A stretch of 33,746 bases of DNA, taken from positions 1 to 33,746 of the IMG/VR virus record IMGVR_UViG_3300032103_000281; one strand, written 5' to 3'. A program made the translations under genes and the position numbers. Below are positions 33,664 through 33,746 of the stretch, one piece after another. The stretch's first letter is position 1. The number at the start of each line of letters is the position of its first letter. Source of the stretch: a virus (Duplodnaviria > Caudoviricetes). The notes below the pieces were generated by a model. The model worked only from the letters and a program-made list of their open reading frames with translations, searched no databases and was not told the origin of the DNA.

Positions 33664-33746
33664 ATGACGTTACCATCAACTGGTGCAATTACACTAGAAA
33701 ACATTAGAACTGCATATGGTGGTTCTGGCACCACTTCTGCTTTTTC
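33664..33746 (+). CDS. 5' end of a putative tail-fibre/adhesin-like protein (partial), paralog of the gene at 1-61
   Basis: MTLPSTGAITLENIRTAYGGSGTTSAF; AAAGGA RBS; TAAATA at 33575. Confidence 0.65.
   Translation, partial: MTLPSTGAITLENIRTAYGGSGTTSAF

Noticed and set aside
1-33746. Stop-codon reassignment as in some large phages
   Set aside because: Conserved genes are full length in code 11 and TAA, TAG and TGA all serve as stops

Overview
Virion-morphogenesis region of a large T4-like (jumbo-type) myophage, standard genetic code. Head module on the minus strand: portal gp20 interrupted by a 469-aa intein carrying an HNH endonuclease, an acidic prohead-core protein, protease gp21, scaffold gp22 and major capsid gp23. 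It is followed by three tandem homing-endonuclease-like genes, a membrane-protein trio and a cluster of modular tail-fibre-like genes. Neck gp14-like, tail terminator gp15, a Nudix hydrolase, baseplate-hub gp26/gp51-like and tape-measure-like genes are also present, and late genes are preceded by a TAAATA motif. Two non-coding signals stand out. (1) A ~1 kb ORF-free, hairpin-dense region (about 32360-33340, minus strand) has its own promoter, GNRA-capped stems and a possible long-range pseudoknot, and is a candidate large structured ncRNA. (2) Many intergenic spacers hold internally deleted IS200/IS605 tnpB relics, most starting immediately beside a late promoter. The two window ends carry 59/61-identical inverted starts of paralogous genes. 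All protein calls come from motif recognition by eye and synteny; no database searches were run.
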